Assembly: GCA_964188305.1 (NCBI GenBank)
Contig: OZ076885.1
Strand: one strand, 5' to 3'
Source: Podarcis bocagei
Lineage: Eukaryota
DNA: 64,000 bases
Of the stretch, positions 7,411 to 20,481 are shown one piece after another; the first letter of the stretch is position 1; the number at the start of each line of letters is the position of its first letter. Under the pieces are notes generated by a model, which was not told where the DNA came from, did no database searches, and saw only the letters and a list, made by a program, of their open reading frames with translations. Position numbers and translations under genes: made by a program.

Positions 7411-8396
7411 TTTAGAGTTTATTGACAGACACAATCAAGTTATGCATTATTGGACAGTGATCACTTTTTTGTCCTAGAGAAACATAAAGTAAACTGGCCT
7501 GTTGGATTATGGCTGCTCTCATGATAAATGATAGTAGGGAACAGGGTGGTCTAATTAAGAGTTAGCATTTGAACACGTGTCATACAGTGTGGAGTGATGT
7601 CACCATGGACACATGGCTAATTAAAACCCAAGTCTGCGTAAACTTCTAGACAACTTCTAAATGAAACTGTCACCCAACTCTTATTAAACTTTCCATGACA
7701 AACACCATTACAAAAAATTATTGAGGTCAGGGGTAGCTAGAAAAGGTATATGGAAGATGTGAATGCACAGCAAATACAATACCTTTGCTTCCTCTGCAGG
7801 AGACCGAGGCTCACGTGTCTTTGAGAACTAAAAGCCATAGTGTTGCGAACATCAACATTCTTCCAGCGAGATGGTGATGGGAAAATAAATTGCAACTGCA
7901 TTTTTGACATGTTTAATGCATACAGTTTATACACAGGAAATCTTCACTATACTCCCGTTCTGTAAGCAACACATAAATAACATGTCAGTAGTGTGCTAAG
8001 CCTGAATTCTCTCAGGAGTTCATCCTGAAAGAGGAAAATTCAAAATGATTTACCGTCTACATCTGCAGTCCTCGCAGCTTCATCGGTTTCTACTATTGGC
8101 AGTGGCGGCAGGGGAGGCTGAGGCATAAAACAGCTCTTTAACAATCTCACTGAAGAGATATATGGTGAGCCTATGGATGAGGCTAGCCTATCACAAGAAG
8201 AAGGAAGGAAAAGCATGTGGTGAAATTGGTTCAGGCACCAGTGCTGTCTTCTCTTGCTCCATTCTTTTGCTTGCATCTCTGGGTTTTCTGCCATGCTCCC
8301 CCGTTCCTGAAAAAGCTTTCCCATCAGTTCTGTTTGTCAATCCCACTGTGTTGTGGAGAAATTAATGAGATGAAGGCAATAGAATGTTTCTTATAT

Positions 8397-8415
8397 TCTC
8401 TCTCTCTCTCTCTCT

Positions 8416-8458
<43 letters not shown>
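8397..8458. repeat. (CT)n(CA)n compound microsatellite
   Basis: Direct reading. Confidence 0.95.
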
Positions 8459-8460
<2 letters not shown>

Positions 8461-8668
8461 ATGTCGCCTCAATCATGCAAACACTCATATCCAGACTAGA
8501 GTGGTGTACTCCATGTGAAATTGCCTTTGAAGACGATTCAGAAACTTTAACTGGTACATAAATATGGCCACTTGATTGCTCTTTTGGGGACAGATGGTAG
8601 GATCATATTGTGATACTGTAGCAGTTGCACTGGTTACCAGTATGTTTTCAGGCCCCATTCAAAGAGTA

Positions 8669-9026
8669 AGGTAAAGGGTAAAGGGACCCCTGACCATTAG
8701 GTCCAGTCGTGACCGACTCTGGGGTTGCAGCGTTCATCTTGCTTTATTGGCTGAGGGAGCCGGCGTACAGCTTCCGGGTCATGTGGCCAGAATGACTTAG
8801 CTGCTTCTGGTGAACCAGAGCAGTGCACGGAAACACCATTTACCTTCCCGCCGGAGTGGTACCTATTTATCTACTTGCACTTTTGAGGTGCTTTCGAACT
8901 GCTAGGTTGGCAGGAGCAGGGACCGAGCAATGGGAGCTCACCTCGTTGCGGGGATTCGAACCGCCGACCTTCTGATCGGCAAGTCCTAGGCTCTGTTGTT
9001 TAGACCACAGTGCCACCCGTGTCCCT
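8669..9026 (-). mobile_element. Sauria SINE
   Basis: Reverse-orientation full-length copy (AAGGTAAAGGGACCCCTGACC...GCCACCCGTGTCCC); TSD ATTCAAAGAGTA on both sides. Confidence 0.92.
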
Positions 9027-9244
9027 TATTCAAAGAGTAGTAAACCCCAAAAATGTTTTTCCCCTGACATTTTGCCGGTTTGCAAAAATTCCCCTCTGAT
9101 GCCATTTTTACACCCGAAAACCAGGACATGTCAGGATTTTCCTTGATGTATGGCAAGCCTACCTTTAAAGCTTTTTCTTCTGCCTGTACTGTCAGAGGCT
9201 TCTGTATAACAGTTCATGGGAATCACAAGAAGAGGAAGTTTTGT

Positions 9245-9362
9245 TGCACTCGGGTCTTGCTTGAAGGCTTCCCATATGCATCTGGTTGGATAATTGAAAG
9301 CAGGATGCTAGGCTGGATGGGCCTTTGACCCGATCCAACAGAGCTCTTATGGATTCTTATGG
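9245..9362 (+). mobile_element. CR1-type LINE 3' end fragment
   Basis: CAGGATGCTAGGCTGGATGGGCC...ATCCAACAGAGCTCTTATGGATTCTTATG resembles the CR1 3' terminus and its short repeat tail. Confidence 0.6.
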
Positions 9363-9710
9363 ATCACCTTCATCCATGTGTCCATGCGTATTGTCCTGCT
9401 GTTAAGAGCAGAAGGACTGGTAAACAATAGAGACAAGTCCTTTCTAGTTGTGGTACCTGTTTTAATGGAATCCCCTCCCAAGGACTATGTGGCTGGTCAC
9501 ATCAGTGCTAGTCTTCAAAAAGGCATTGAAGGCTATCTGTTTTAGCTGGGTTTTAATATATATATATTGCTTTAGATTTTTAATCTGCTGGTTGTTTCGT
9601 TTGTGGCAATGTACATACATCCAAGTCTAAAAAGTGGCACAAAATGAAGTTGATTAATCTGTTGTTATTGCCTGTTGGCTGGCATTGAGACTGGTGTTTG
9701 GATGTGACAT

Positions 9711-10530
9711 TGTGGTTCGAGGACCCGATCCCCGCGTAGTGGAATGAAAACACGAGGACACGTGATATAAGGTTAATGGGCAAGAAAAGGCCACAACTTT
9801 ATTGATTACAGCAAGTGAAAAGGTATTGGCTTAGGCATTGGATTACGTCAGCTGACTCCACCCCCTCAGAGAGGGGTGAGTCTAAAACAGGGGGGTTTAT
9901 TCACCAGTAGGTGGAGCCTGTTGATGCTAATCCAACTATAAGCTCTCCCCTGATGTCACCGAGGGTCGTGACATGGCCTCCCGCCAAGCAGGCATCGGAC
10001 AGAATACACGACCGCCAGATTCCTTTAACGGAATACCCAAAAATTGAAGGCATAGGCGATGGCCACACCTAGCCCTTCGACACACCACAACACATTATTC
10101 CAATGCCTAACCAATACCACGAAAGTTGTGACGATTGCTACGAGGTAGGCGGAAAGTTGTGACGATTGCTACGAGGTAGGCGGAAAAACCAAAAAGCCTA
10201 ATGCCAAATGGAAAAATTCCTACCAGGCCCGCTGGACAACCAGGGCGACCAACCTAAGGTCCATAGCAAGGCCAAAAGAAAACTGAAACCCTAAGCTCTA
10301 AGGGAGTGGAGGGTGGGTGACTTGCGACGGGATGACGAAAAGTGAGGCCGGAAGGCTGGTGCCGCAGCAATTTGGGCTGCTAAACACGCCCCCTTGCAGG
10401 GACCTGGTTGGGTGCCTGCCCGTGGGCGTAGGCCAGCCAGGTGAGTGGGAGGCAGGGGGCTAATGCCCCCTGCTTGAGGCGGAGTCCGGCTCCCGACCAC
10501 AACCACTCCCCTCTCTTGCAGGAGGAGAGT
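9711..10530 (-). mobile_element. Structured non-coding retroelement terminal repeat, possibly DIRS/Ngaro-type, inserted in a degraded L2-like 3' end
   Basis: CpG-rich; AATAAAGTTGTGGCC on the minus strand; CCCACCCTCC motif; no TSD found; 31-bp tandem duplication at 10121-10182; related copy at about 61300-61800. Family assignment is from recall only. Confidence 0.5.
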
Positions 10531-11017
10531 CTTTATTGAATTATACTTTTATTTCAGTATACCACCTTGAAAGGGCATTGCCATGTAAGGTGGCAGAGCT
10601 TTTAAATATATACATGCGAACAAAAATAATGATGGTGGCGCCAAGTTGTGAGGAGCCTTTGAGCATGATGGACCACCTCCTCCTTGCTGTTGCTGCTGTC
10701 CTTTAGACCCATCTCCCAATCCACATAGCACTCCAGATGGGAGAGAGCAAGGGGAGTGAAGGTTCTGCTCATTTCAGTTGCTTACAAGTAAAAATGAACA
10801 GGCAGCAGGGCAAGGAGGCTGACCCCTTGGATGGAAAATGAAAAACTATTAATACACAACTGCAGTCATTGGTTAGGCTGTGTTCACAAGCAAAGAGACA
10901 GTTCATGTCCTGAAGAAATGTACCTGTGGTTCTTCTGGAACTGTACCTGACAATAGCGGAGGCTTGCAAGTATTTGAATGTTTCTCCACATTAAAAACAC
11001 AGAAACAGTTTGATATA

Positions 11018-11254
11018 CAGTCAAACCTTGGTTGTCGAACTTAATCCATTCTGGAAGTCCATTCAGCTTCCGAAATATTAGACAACCGAGGCGCAACTTC
11101 CGATTGGCTGCAGGAGCTTCCTGCACTAAAGTGGTAGCCGCGTAGGACGTTTAACTTCTGAAAAACATTCAAAAACCAGAACACTTCTGGGTTTTTGGCA
11201 TTCAGGAGCCAAAACGCATGGTAACGGAGGCATTCAGGAGCCAAGGTTTGACTG
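11018..11254. mobile_element. Tc1/mariner (Tigger/pogo-like) MITE
   Basis: TIR CAGTCAAACCTTGG / CCAAGGTTTGACTG; TA TSD. Confidence 0.88.
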
Positions 11255-12633
11255 TAACCCTCCTCGCCAATATGCTAACTTTCCATGGGCAGGGAGTTTG
11301 TGTTATGCAAAAAGCATTTGGCCATATCTCCCCTGCAATTTGAGGTGGTGCAGTCACAGCAGAACCATGTCACATTGTATATTTTCAAAGTAGAAAAGCT
11401 ATATACAAATCTTTTGAATAAAATAAATGATTCCTAAGTTTTCTGAATGTATAGACTCAAGTTCACACAAAAAATCACGTTATCCATATATGTGCAGTTA
11501 TCACTTGATACCACGATTGTGTGAAATTTTTAGTCAGTCATCACACCACATGATGAATTGTCATGAACAATTTCAATTACACTTCAGTAAATTGCCTAAC
11601 ACTTGAAGGTGAAACCTATGTGCAGATATTTTTTTGAGACAGTACTCACCAGTATAGAATAACAGCACTTCTTTTTGCTGCCCATGGCAGCCATTTTGTG
11701 CTGGAACCCACAGCACTATTATCAATATATGAGTATTGGCATATGTTTTTTTTTACCAAACAAAGCACTGCCCACGTGACAAGTTTGGCTACATTTCATC
11801 ATATGGTGGCCATTATATAAATTCCAAGTGTGAATTCGCCTTGACAATGGCATGTTGGTTATTAAGTGTTGGCTCAACAAAACTGTGCTTTCTGCACTTC
11901 TAGTCTAATTCTTAACAACTCCACAGTACATGTGGAACACATATCAGGTATAAATAAATGATTCTGCATTCCTTCTTGATAACATATTCCCATGCAGAGC
12001 TCAAAATTAGAGGGAATATGAAGTGTTCTATTAATTGCATGAATGTTGATTTGTTAAAATTGTGCACTAATTGGCAAGATCTGTGTGTGGTAGGCTTCCT
12101 CAATATGTGTTAGATTATATTAACGTAACCTTATGTCCTGGATATCAGACATTAAGCATTTTGTAAGAGTAATTGTTAAGCTGCGTATAATTGGCTGATG
12201 CAGATTACCAGTATAAACCAAAAGTGACAAGATGGAGGTGTAGCAGGAATCGCTTGAGCAAGAGGTAGAGCTGACATGAAGGAACAGAAGTGTAATTTTC
12301 AGTCAAATCCCGCTCTTTTCACAGGGCCTTGACATTATGCACTTAATAGGGATGTATGAAGATGTTGGTTAAAAAAGAACCCCCCAAAAAACCTAGTGCT
12401 GGAGGACAATTTTAATTGTCTAAATTTCTAATCTGTAGACACCACTCTGTAGTCTTGAAGGAATTAATAATATTTACAAAATTAAAATTGTGTGTGTGTG
12501 TTGCTTATTCTTCCTTGACAGATGTCTCCACCCCTCTCTACACCTCAGATTTGTCTATTGCAAAATAAAGTGTCTGGCCCTATGCATGCTTATTCAGTAA
12601 AGGCAACAATGGATAAAAAAGGGAAGGGAAGTA

Positions 12634-12873
12634 CAGTGGTACCTGGTTTAAGAGCAGTTCAGTTTAAGAACGATTCAGTTTACAAACTCTGCAAAACTGG
12701 TAATAGTGTCCTGGTTTGAGAACTTTACCTCAGTCTAAGAACGAAATCCGAACATTGGAAGGGCACCAGCAGTGGGAGGCCTTGTTAGGGAAAGCGCACC
12801 TTGGTTTAAGAACGGTTTCGGTTTGATAACGGACTTCCGGAACGGATTAAGTTCATAAACCAAGTTACCACTG
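12634..12873. mobile_element. Tc1/mariner (Tigger/pogo-like) MITE
   Basis: TIR CAGTGGTACCT / AGTTACCACTG; TA TSD. Confidence 0.85.
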
Positions 12874-13296
12874 TAGTAAGGAAGCTTCAAACACTGAAGG
12901 ATTTGGGTTTAATTATTGGTGGCCACCAATTATTGGTGGTTGTTGTAAATCAAGGAGGGGGTGGGTCTTATGATCCCCTCCAGATATTGCCAGACTACAA
13001 CTCCAACCATTTTATTGGCCATATAGACTGGGGTTGTTGGCAGCTGACGTCCAACAACATACCCAGGGTAATAGGCACCCTATCCATGATTCACTCATTT
13101 GTGTATGATGTCTACTTTGGGCTGAAGTCAACCAATTTGCCATGTGTCCATTTACAGACCTTGAATGAATCAAATGAGATGTATATGTGAATATTCCCCC
13201 ATCCCACTCTGTAATCTCTCTGTGTGTGCAAGTACACACTCTTTGTCCTTATTTTCATTCATTTATTTCACTGAAGAAACTGAATGCCATAAAAGC

Positions 13297-13572
13297 AGAA
13301 GAAGAAGAAGAAGAAGAAGAAGAAGAAGAAGAAGAAGAGGAGTTTGGATTTGATATCCCGCCTTTCACTCCCTTTAAGGAGTCTCAAAGCGGCTAACATT
13401 CTCCTTTCCCTTCCTCCCCCACAACAAACACTCTGTGAGGTGAGTGGGGCTGAGAGACTTCAGAGAAGTGTGACTGGCCCAAGGTCACCCAGCAGCTGCA
13501 TGTGGAGGAGCGGAGACGCGAACCCGGTTCCCCAGATTACGAGACTACCGCTCTTAACCACTACACCACAGG
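13297..13572 (-). mobile_element. tRNA-derived squamate SINE (CORE/MIR-like body) with (TTC)n tail
   Basis: Head GTGGTGTAGTGGTTAAGAG on the minus strand; homologous to 16107-16358; (GAA)n at 13297-13337. Confidence 0.85.
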
Positions 13573-16106
13573 TAAGGAGAAAAAAGGTCTGTGGAGGAGG
13601 CAGGAAGCAGGTACCAAAGAGCATGATTCAAATGTTTCTCATTTCGGTATTTCATCCAAAAAAAGAGTTTAACCTCTGTCAAAAGCTTTAATAAAATATA
13701 AATAACAAGGAAGAGCTTTAAGTGGAGAATGTTGAGGCAACAGCAGTGTAATTTAGAAAACCCCATCAAACTTGGTCGTCCTGAAAACTGCAGCAAATAT
13801 AGCAGAAAGCCAGACCCCCCCCCCTTTGCAAGCATCCCATATGTTGACATTGAATCAAACAGTGCATAAACTATACTTGAGTTTTAATTAAAAGGAAAAC
13901 TGATAAATTACTAAGATTCTGGTGTTCTCGAGATGGCTATCTGTTATAAAAACTCATTTTTGTGTCTAACGTGCTATCTCTAGCATATGAAATGGTTTCT
14001 GGATTAATTTTTATCATAAATGGAAATTATGCCATAAATACATGTATATCATTAAAAAACATTTTCTCCCTAGTTCTTACCAAGCAAAAACAATAAGATT
14101 AGCAAAAACTATAGCACATCACAGTGCACGGAAGTTTAGGAATTGAGGTGACCATCAGATGCTTATGGAAAAATTAGCAATTAACAAAAAATTAACCAGA
14201 AGGAAATTGCCTGCTAATTTTTTTTTAAGAAACAAAGGTTAATCTAAAATGACTACCAGCCCTTGAAAGGTTAACTGTCAGATTAAATAACAGGGACAAA
14301 GAGTGGTCACTGGGTACCTGGGGGAATGAAGCATTGAACTTACTCCAGTTCACATAATTTACAAAGAGATTAGCTCCTTTATGTCTCTTGTAAACTTGTG
14401 CAAAGAAGGTCTTACATTCCACAGAACCTAGCAAACACCAGGCCCCAATTGGTCATGGGAGATTCTGAGCTAAATGGTAAATGTTTCCAGCAATGTAAAA
14501 GTAAATTAGAGAACAGGAAAAGTTATTACTCTGGAGATTGTAGGACTTAGGGGAATAATAAAAATCAGGTTACCCTAATTTCCTTTGAAAAACTAAATAT
14601 ATACGGGTCGTTATTGCCTTTAATAGGCAGACCTGAAAAGTGCAAAATTCAGTGCTGAGCTAAAACCTTTGGGAGGAGGGGAATCCCAAACTACGGTTGA
14701 GGGGAAAGACAAGAGGTAAAATGTGGTCTTGCTTAATGTGTGGCTTGGACATTGAACATAAATGAAACATATATCCCATTGTATAGTAAGTGTACTACCA
14801 TCACTTTGGAACTTCTCAGGATGTTGGATGTGTTTAGAAGTTGTAAGTACAAAATTCAATAAATGAACGAGGTGCATTCTTGAGCTTTTGTGGGCTACTG
14901 GAGTGACTTTTTGCACTGTTGTGGGGTTTTTTTTATTAAGTATATCTAGAATGTGCAGATTCATTCGAGCACTGAGCCTGACGTACGAGACCTAAATGAG
15001 CACCTTAGCACTCCAATCCTGGCACACTCGCTACTTCTCTGCAGATATTAAAAAGCTTTAATGTAATTTTATTTTATTTTGAGACGCAGGATTGAAGTGT
15101 GCGCGCGATCAAAATAATCATTACCCTTTGCCGGGGTCAAAACCTAAAGGCAATCTCATTTATCTAGGGCAGGACCTCCAAAATATTAATCAATGAGCCG
15201 TAGGAGTTACTTAGGGATACAGCAAAGTCTGCAGGATTTGTGCTTTCCCGAGGAACCCATTGGTTTTCAAAGTGTAGACCCATTCATAGACACCAGGAAG
15301 ATGCCGATCTGGCACATAGTTGCACTGCAGTACACTCCTCCATGGCTTCAAGGCTTTGTTCGACAGCTCCAGTGTCCAACAGAAGTTCCAATGTGGACAC
15401 ATAGCTTGATGTCACACACCTAGATAACCTGGAAGACTTTACTGTGCCGTCAAACAACCACAGGTTCATTACTTTTTGAGAAGATTCTGAAATTGCATTT
15501 CCCCCTAATTTTCTCTAAATCTAATTGTGTGGAAAGATGGTGTTTTCCCTCTCCTCTTGTATGGATGCAGGGTTTTATTAGTCCACCTGCAATGAGAAAC
15601 TAACTTTTAAACATTTGTATAACCCGTTCCTATGATGCTACGATAGTGAGATGTGGCACAAATGCCGTAGCACCAATGTAATAGGCCTGCAGTGCCTGGG
15701 TGCTGAGACCAGATCCCTTCTCCTCTAGGCCACTGGCCCACGGGCAACGGTCTTGAGCCCTCTTCAGACATTCTGTATTAGTTCTAAGCCAACACATGAG
15801 GGGGCTGTGAGGATTAATGTGCCAGCTCTGACCTTGTCTGTGCTCTCGTCACTTTTTGTGAGCCCTCCAGGATCTTCTGAAGCAGGGATCCTTCTGGAGG
15901 CTCCCCCTACATTTTTAAAGCCTGGAAAAGCAAGGGTTTTAAAATGCACAAGGAGCCTCTACAAGTACAGGACCCCTCCCCTTCAAACTTGTGGAGGGCA
16001 ACTGGAATGGTGACAGGGTGGAATTAGCACCTCTCCGTGCCCCCCCTCACATGTGGTTATTTAACCTTCATACATAACCTGTAAAGGATTATAGTTTTGC
16101 TATACA

Positions 16107-16358
16107 CCAGTGTGGTGTAGTGGTTAAGAGCAATAGACTCGTAATATGGGGAACCGGATTCGTGTCTCCGCTCCTCCACATGCAGCTGCTGGGTGACCTT
16201 GGGTGAGTCACACTTCTCTGAAGTCTCTCAGCCTCACTTACCTCACAGAGTGTTTGTTGTGGGGGAGGAAGGGAAAGGAGAATGTTAGCCGCTTTGAGAC
16301 TCCTTCGGGTAGTGATAAAGCAGGATATCAAATCCAAACTCCTCCTCCTCCTCCTCCT
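16107..16358 (+). mobile_element. tRNA-derived squamate SINE (same family as 13297-13572)
   Basis: CCAGTGTGGTGTAGTGGTTAAGAG head; GGTGACCTTGGG core; (CTC)n tail. Confidence 0.85.
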
Positions 16359-18391
16359 ATTTATCTTAGAACTAGGCCAGAGTAGCCAGAGTCAAGGACT
16401 TGTGCTTGCACAATAACTTTCCTCACTCTCCTCCTACTGCAAGCACCCCACATCCTCTGGAAAGCTGCTCCAAAGGGTTTGGAAAACCTCCAAAACATAT
16501 GTAGAAGGTACACCAGGTGGTGGAGAATGGGGAAATTTCCGTTGTGCAAGCAGAAATACTTGCACTTAGGGGGTGGGTGAAAATTCCCCCCCAAGGACTG
16601 TGGGAAATTTACCTGAGTACAGCAGACTCCATCCTCTTCTTCCTTGCATAGCTTTCTGTGGTTTTGTGTATGGCAGTGGCAGCAGCAGAAGAGCATTTTT
16701 TAAAAAAATAAAAACTATTGATTTTTTTCAAAAATGAAGGGGTGGAAAGAAGCCATTGTGACAGGGTAACCCACCCCCAATCTTTGAGTAAATTTTCCCC
16801 ATATGCCTCTGAGGTCTCCCTTCATCCACTTTCAGCCAACCTCACTGCCGCCCTGGCCAATCCTGCATTGCAGAGAGTAGGGCTAAATTACTCGTGGTTT
16901 TCCTTCCAACTATACAGTTCTAGGATTTTAACCTCCAGATTCTTACTAGGAGACTTTCGGTTCAGCATTACCTTAAATATGTTAAACGACTGACTGTATC
17001 CACCCCCCAACACAAAATGCAGCGAGACTGTTCCAGAATCACACAATGTGTAGCTTTTTAATTTTTATTGCCACGAATAAACTGTATCCAGGGAACGAGC
17101 TAATGAAAATGTGAAGGCAAGAGATACGTCCTCCCTCTCCCTCCTTGTTTGCTTCCAAATAGTCCACTCCCACATACGTAGGTCACTTGGAATTAATTTG
17201 TCTGCATCCTGGATGGCACGTGGTCAGAGGGAGGGATGGGTGAACTGGAAGGGGGGGGGGATAAAAGCCTGGGATCTTCTCTGAAGGAATGTGACAGGGC
17301 ATGGGAATCACAGCATCACGGTGACCACTTGAGCGTATTTTGGCTTGTCTTAAAACAAAACCTCAAAGAAAAAAGAAAAGCACCACTGGACCTCCCCGAT
17401 GCAAATCAGTCCCACTTATCAGACTACCTATCGGCGATTGAATGCTTGAGAAACAGTGTGTGGGTTTTAAAACAGTGCCCCAGGCTTTGAAGGCCCTCTC
17501 TCAAGAACGGCTTGTCAGTTGACTTCCAGTAGTCTACAGTGACCTCGGCAACAACCCAGTGTCCTGTTACAGCTCATTTCAATAATTAAACAGCTCAGAG
17601 ATGGCAGAGTTTTCTGACTGTTGAGAGCAAAACCAGTGCTCTAGGTTCCTTCCACCCACACTGGGAAATCAGAACTGTTTGCTTTTCATTATATTAGCTG
17701 GTGACTATTAGCGCTATTTCACAACCGGCTAAAGAAATGTTTGCAAACAGGGGGTGGGTGGGGGCGAAGAGGCACTGGCAACCCGTAAAAGCAGTTCATT
17801 TCTTTCTTATGGTCTTTCAAAGAGCAGGACCAGGTGCCAGCAAAGTCATATGTCTGAAATTTCGAGTCCTATAAAGGCAGCCTCAAACGGCAGAGTTGCT
17901 CTTCCAAGGAAATGAATAGCTCTCCCATCTGGAGAATAATTAGAATCACCAGGTTGGAAAGGTCCAGAAGGCCATTGGGTGCACGGTGGCCGTTGAGTAA
18001 GGCAGGTCTGGGTTCGCATCACCCAACCGATGAAATCCACAGCAAAGAGCCAGGAGAGGAAGATGCACTGCTTAAGGGTGTTTGCAGAACAGATGACTCA
18101 GACAAGTGAGGCATGCCACACACTCGCAGGGAAGACTTAAGAAAAGGAAAGAAAACCACAGCACTCAGGGGTAATAGCCGTAATGTGGTTAGGAAATGGC
18201 TATTAGGCATTAAGCAGATTTTTGGTTAATCTTCTCAAAGGCCTTTTTATTGACTACAACTCTACTCCACCCCTCATTCTGTTTTAAATTTCTGATGCCC
18301 CAAAGGAAGGAAAAAGAAAATCTGAAAGCTGTTGGGGGGGGGGAGGGAGAGGGAAAGGAGATACATTCCCTTTCTGACCCATTATCCCAAA

Positions 18392-18945
18392 CTTCTTGTT
18401 GGCATCCGTCTGTCTCAAGAAACAATGGAGGAGTGCGCCTTTGGGGGTGAAGTCAAACTGTTGGAAGGTTGCAGCATCTGCTGTATCTGTGCAGACCAAT
18501 ATGGGAGATAGATGTTTAGTTGGGGCAGATGAAGGCATCTGGTTGTGCTGCTGCAGATGTACCATGGCATTTCTTCTCTATGGGCTCCTCCCAGTGTGGT
18601 CATTCCTCCTCTGGTCACTGCTATGAATACACGACCTGACTGCCTGTCTCCAGTCATCCGTCTGCAATGGATTCTCACATGGTGGGGTTGATGTTTGCAT
18701 CATGTCATGTTTGCAGACATCTTTGTAACACAGAGTATATGGTCACCAATGCTGATACATAGGGTGCTGGTGATGTCTTGACCCAGGATGCTGTTTTTTG
18801 TCAGGCTGATGGTAAGGCCGAACACCCTGCAGGCTTGGACAAAATGGTTGATGAGTCTCTGTAGAGCTACTTTGGAGTGTCAAGGTTGCGTCATCTGATA
18901 GCAGCATCTCTTGGATAAGGACCCACCACACTTTAGTCTTGTTCT
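18392..18945 (-). mobile_element. Decayed RTE-clade LINE fragment (not Bov-B) with large internal deletion
   Basis: Minus strand gives RT-like TKVWWVLIQEMLLSDDATL..FGLTISL..ILGQD, joined directly to C-terminal YKDVCK..WRQAV and a 3' end GAGACAGACGGATGCCAACAAGAAG. Confidence 0.75.
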
Positions 18946-19545
18946 GGTCTGTTCATCCACAACTGATGCATCAAAACAGTATAGATAATAGTTGTGACAA
19001 TACGTTTATGATAACTGAAATTTCTCATACTATCAATTTTGGTCCCGGAGATATTTGAAGCAATGCAAAACTCCCAAACATGTTTGCCAACTAGATGTTT
19101 CACAAACCCTGCACTCTGAAAAGCTGTTATCTATCTCTAAGATGGAATGGGGAAGAGGAAGGAGATGTGTTTGGGAGGGACAATCTGAGGGCTAAACTAT
19201 GTGATGAACTGGAATTCAGCCAGGCACAAAAAATAAGCCTAGAATATGTTTTTTCTTCTTCTCTTGGTAAAAATTACAGCTTCACTTGAGGGGGATTTCT
19301 AAATCAAGGAAATGGCATGAGTTGAACCCCACTCTCTCATGCCACAATCTTAATCTGAAGTGGACTGCTCCCATGGATGCTATTGGAAAATGTTTTAAAG
19401 AGATAGAGATGCATTTATGAATCTCCATCATATGTGTACTTTGCCACTGAACTGACCAAAGAAAGAAGAGGTGGCAGGAGAAAAAGTTCAAGTAATTTCC
19501 TGGAAGTTTCTGCAAGAGATGGGGAGATGAAAGAGCTGATCATGT

Positions 19546-19683
19546 CAGGGATGGATAACATTGGACCCTTCAGATGTTTCTGGACTGCAAGTCCCATAAT
19601 CCCTGGCTATTGGCCATGGAGGCTGGGATGAATGGCAGTGGAAGTTCTGAAACATCTGGTGGTCCACTGGTTTCCTATCCCTG
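19546..19683. mobile_element. URR1/Charlie-like hAT MITE (palindromic)
   Basis: CAGGGGATGG...CCTATCCCTG ends; CAGATGTT...AACATCTG internal inverted repeat; similar to 28406-28541. Confidence 0.7.
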
Positions 19684-20099
19684 GTGGTGGTGAAGTGCCC
19701 GTGGTCTGGCAATAACTGAATAGGAGCAGAAGACAAAAGAGAGTTTGAACAGAAAACAACAACAAAGCAAAGCAAAAAAACAAAAACAAACTAGTAAGAG
19801 AACTCTGTGTGTGGAGAAAAGGGTTTGCATGAAAAAGAACAGAACTTTCTGTTCCTCAAAACCAGTGGACACATCCAGCTGTTCTGAGAGAACAAATTAA
19901 GAGAGGGCAGAAGGTGAAATGTGGTGGCAGGAAAATAATTTGGAATTAATCAGCCTAACTGTGGTTGCTTAAGAATTTATGGAAAAAATAGGTGACATCA
20001 TCAGAATGCTACAAATAGATTAAATGTTGCTGTGTTACAAGGTAAATGTGAAATCTGAAACCATTTGTAGCCCTGGCTGCAAAACCCTAACAAATATGT

Positions 20100-20100
20100 C

Positions 20101-20143
<43 letters not shown>

Positions 20144-20160
20144 CTCTATCACCTATCTAT
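20100..20160. repeat. (TCTA)n microsatellite
   Basis: Direct reading. Confidence 0.9.
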
Positions 20161-20481
20161 TTGCAGGTAGGTTGAGGAAGGCTAGAGGTTTCCCCCCATT
20201 TCTCTTCTTCTCCTCTTAGGTCCCTTGCTTTAGTCTAATGTTAGCTCCCCTTGTAACCATAGACCTGATTTCATGAGGAGACACGTGGTTGGATGCTAAA
20301 CAAGCAACAGGCTTGAGTGGGAGAGAGGAAGAAGAGGCAGCTGAGGAGGAGGCGGGGCTGAGGCTGTAGCACATTCACAGGAGTCTGCTTGTCCTACTGC
20401 AGCAGATATTATCACTCCGGCTCTGGAAAAAAAAGTCCTAGAGCCATGCAGCCCTGCATTCCTAATCCGTAACATGGGTTA

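Noticed and set aside
8054-8187. Exon-like segment on the minus strand (AG...GT, one open frame LASSIGSPYISSVRLLKSCF...)
   Set aside because: No recognisable protein and no compatible neighbouring exon found; cannot be supported without RNA-seq or homology.
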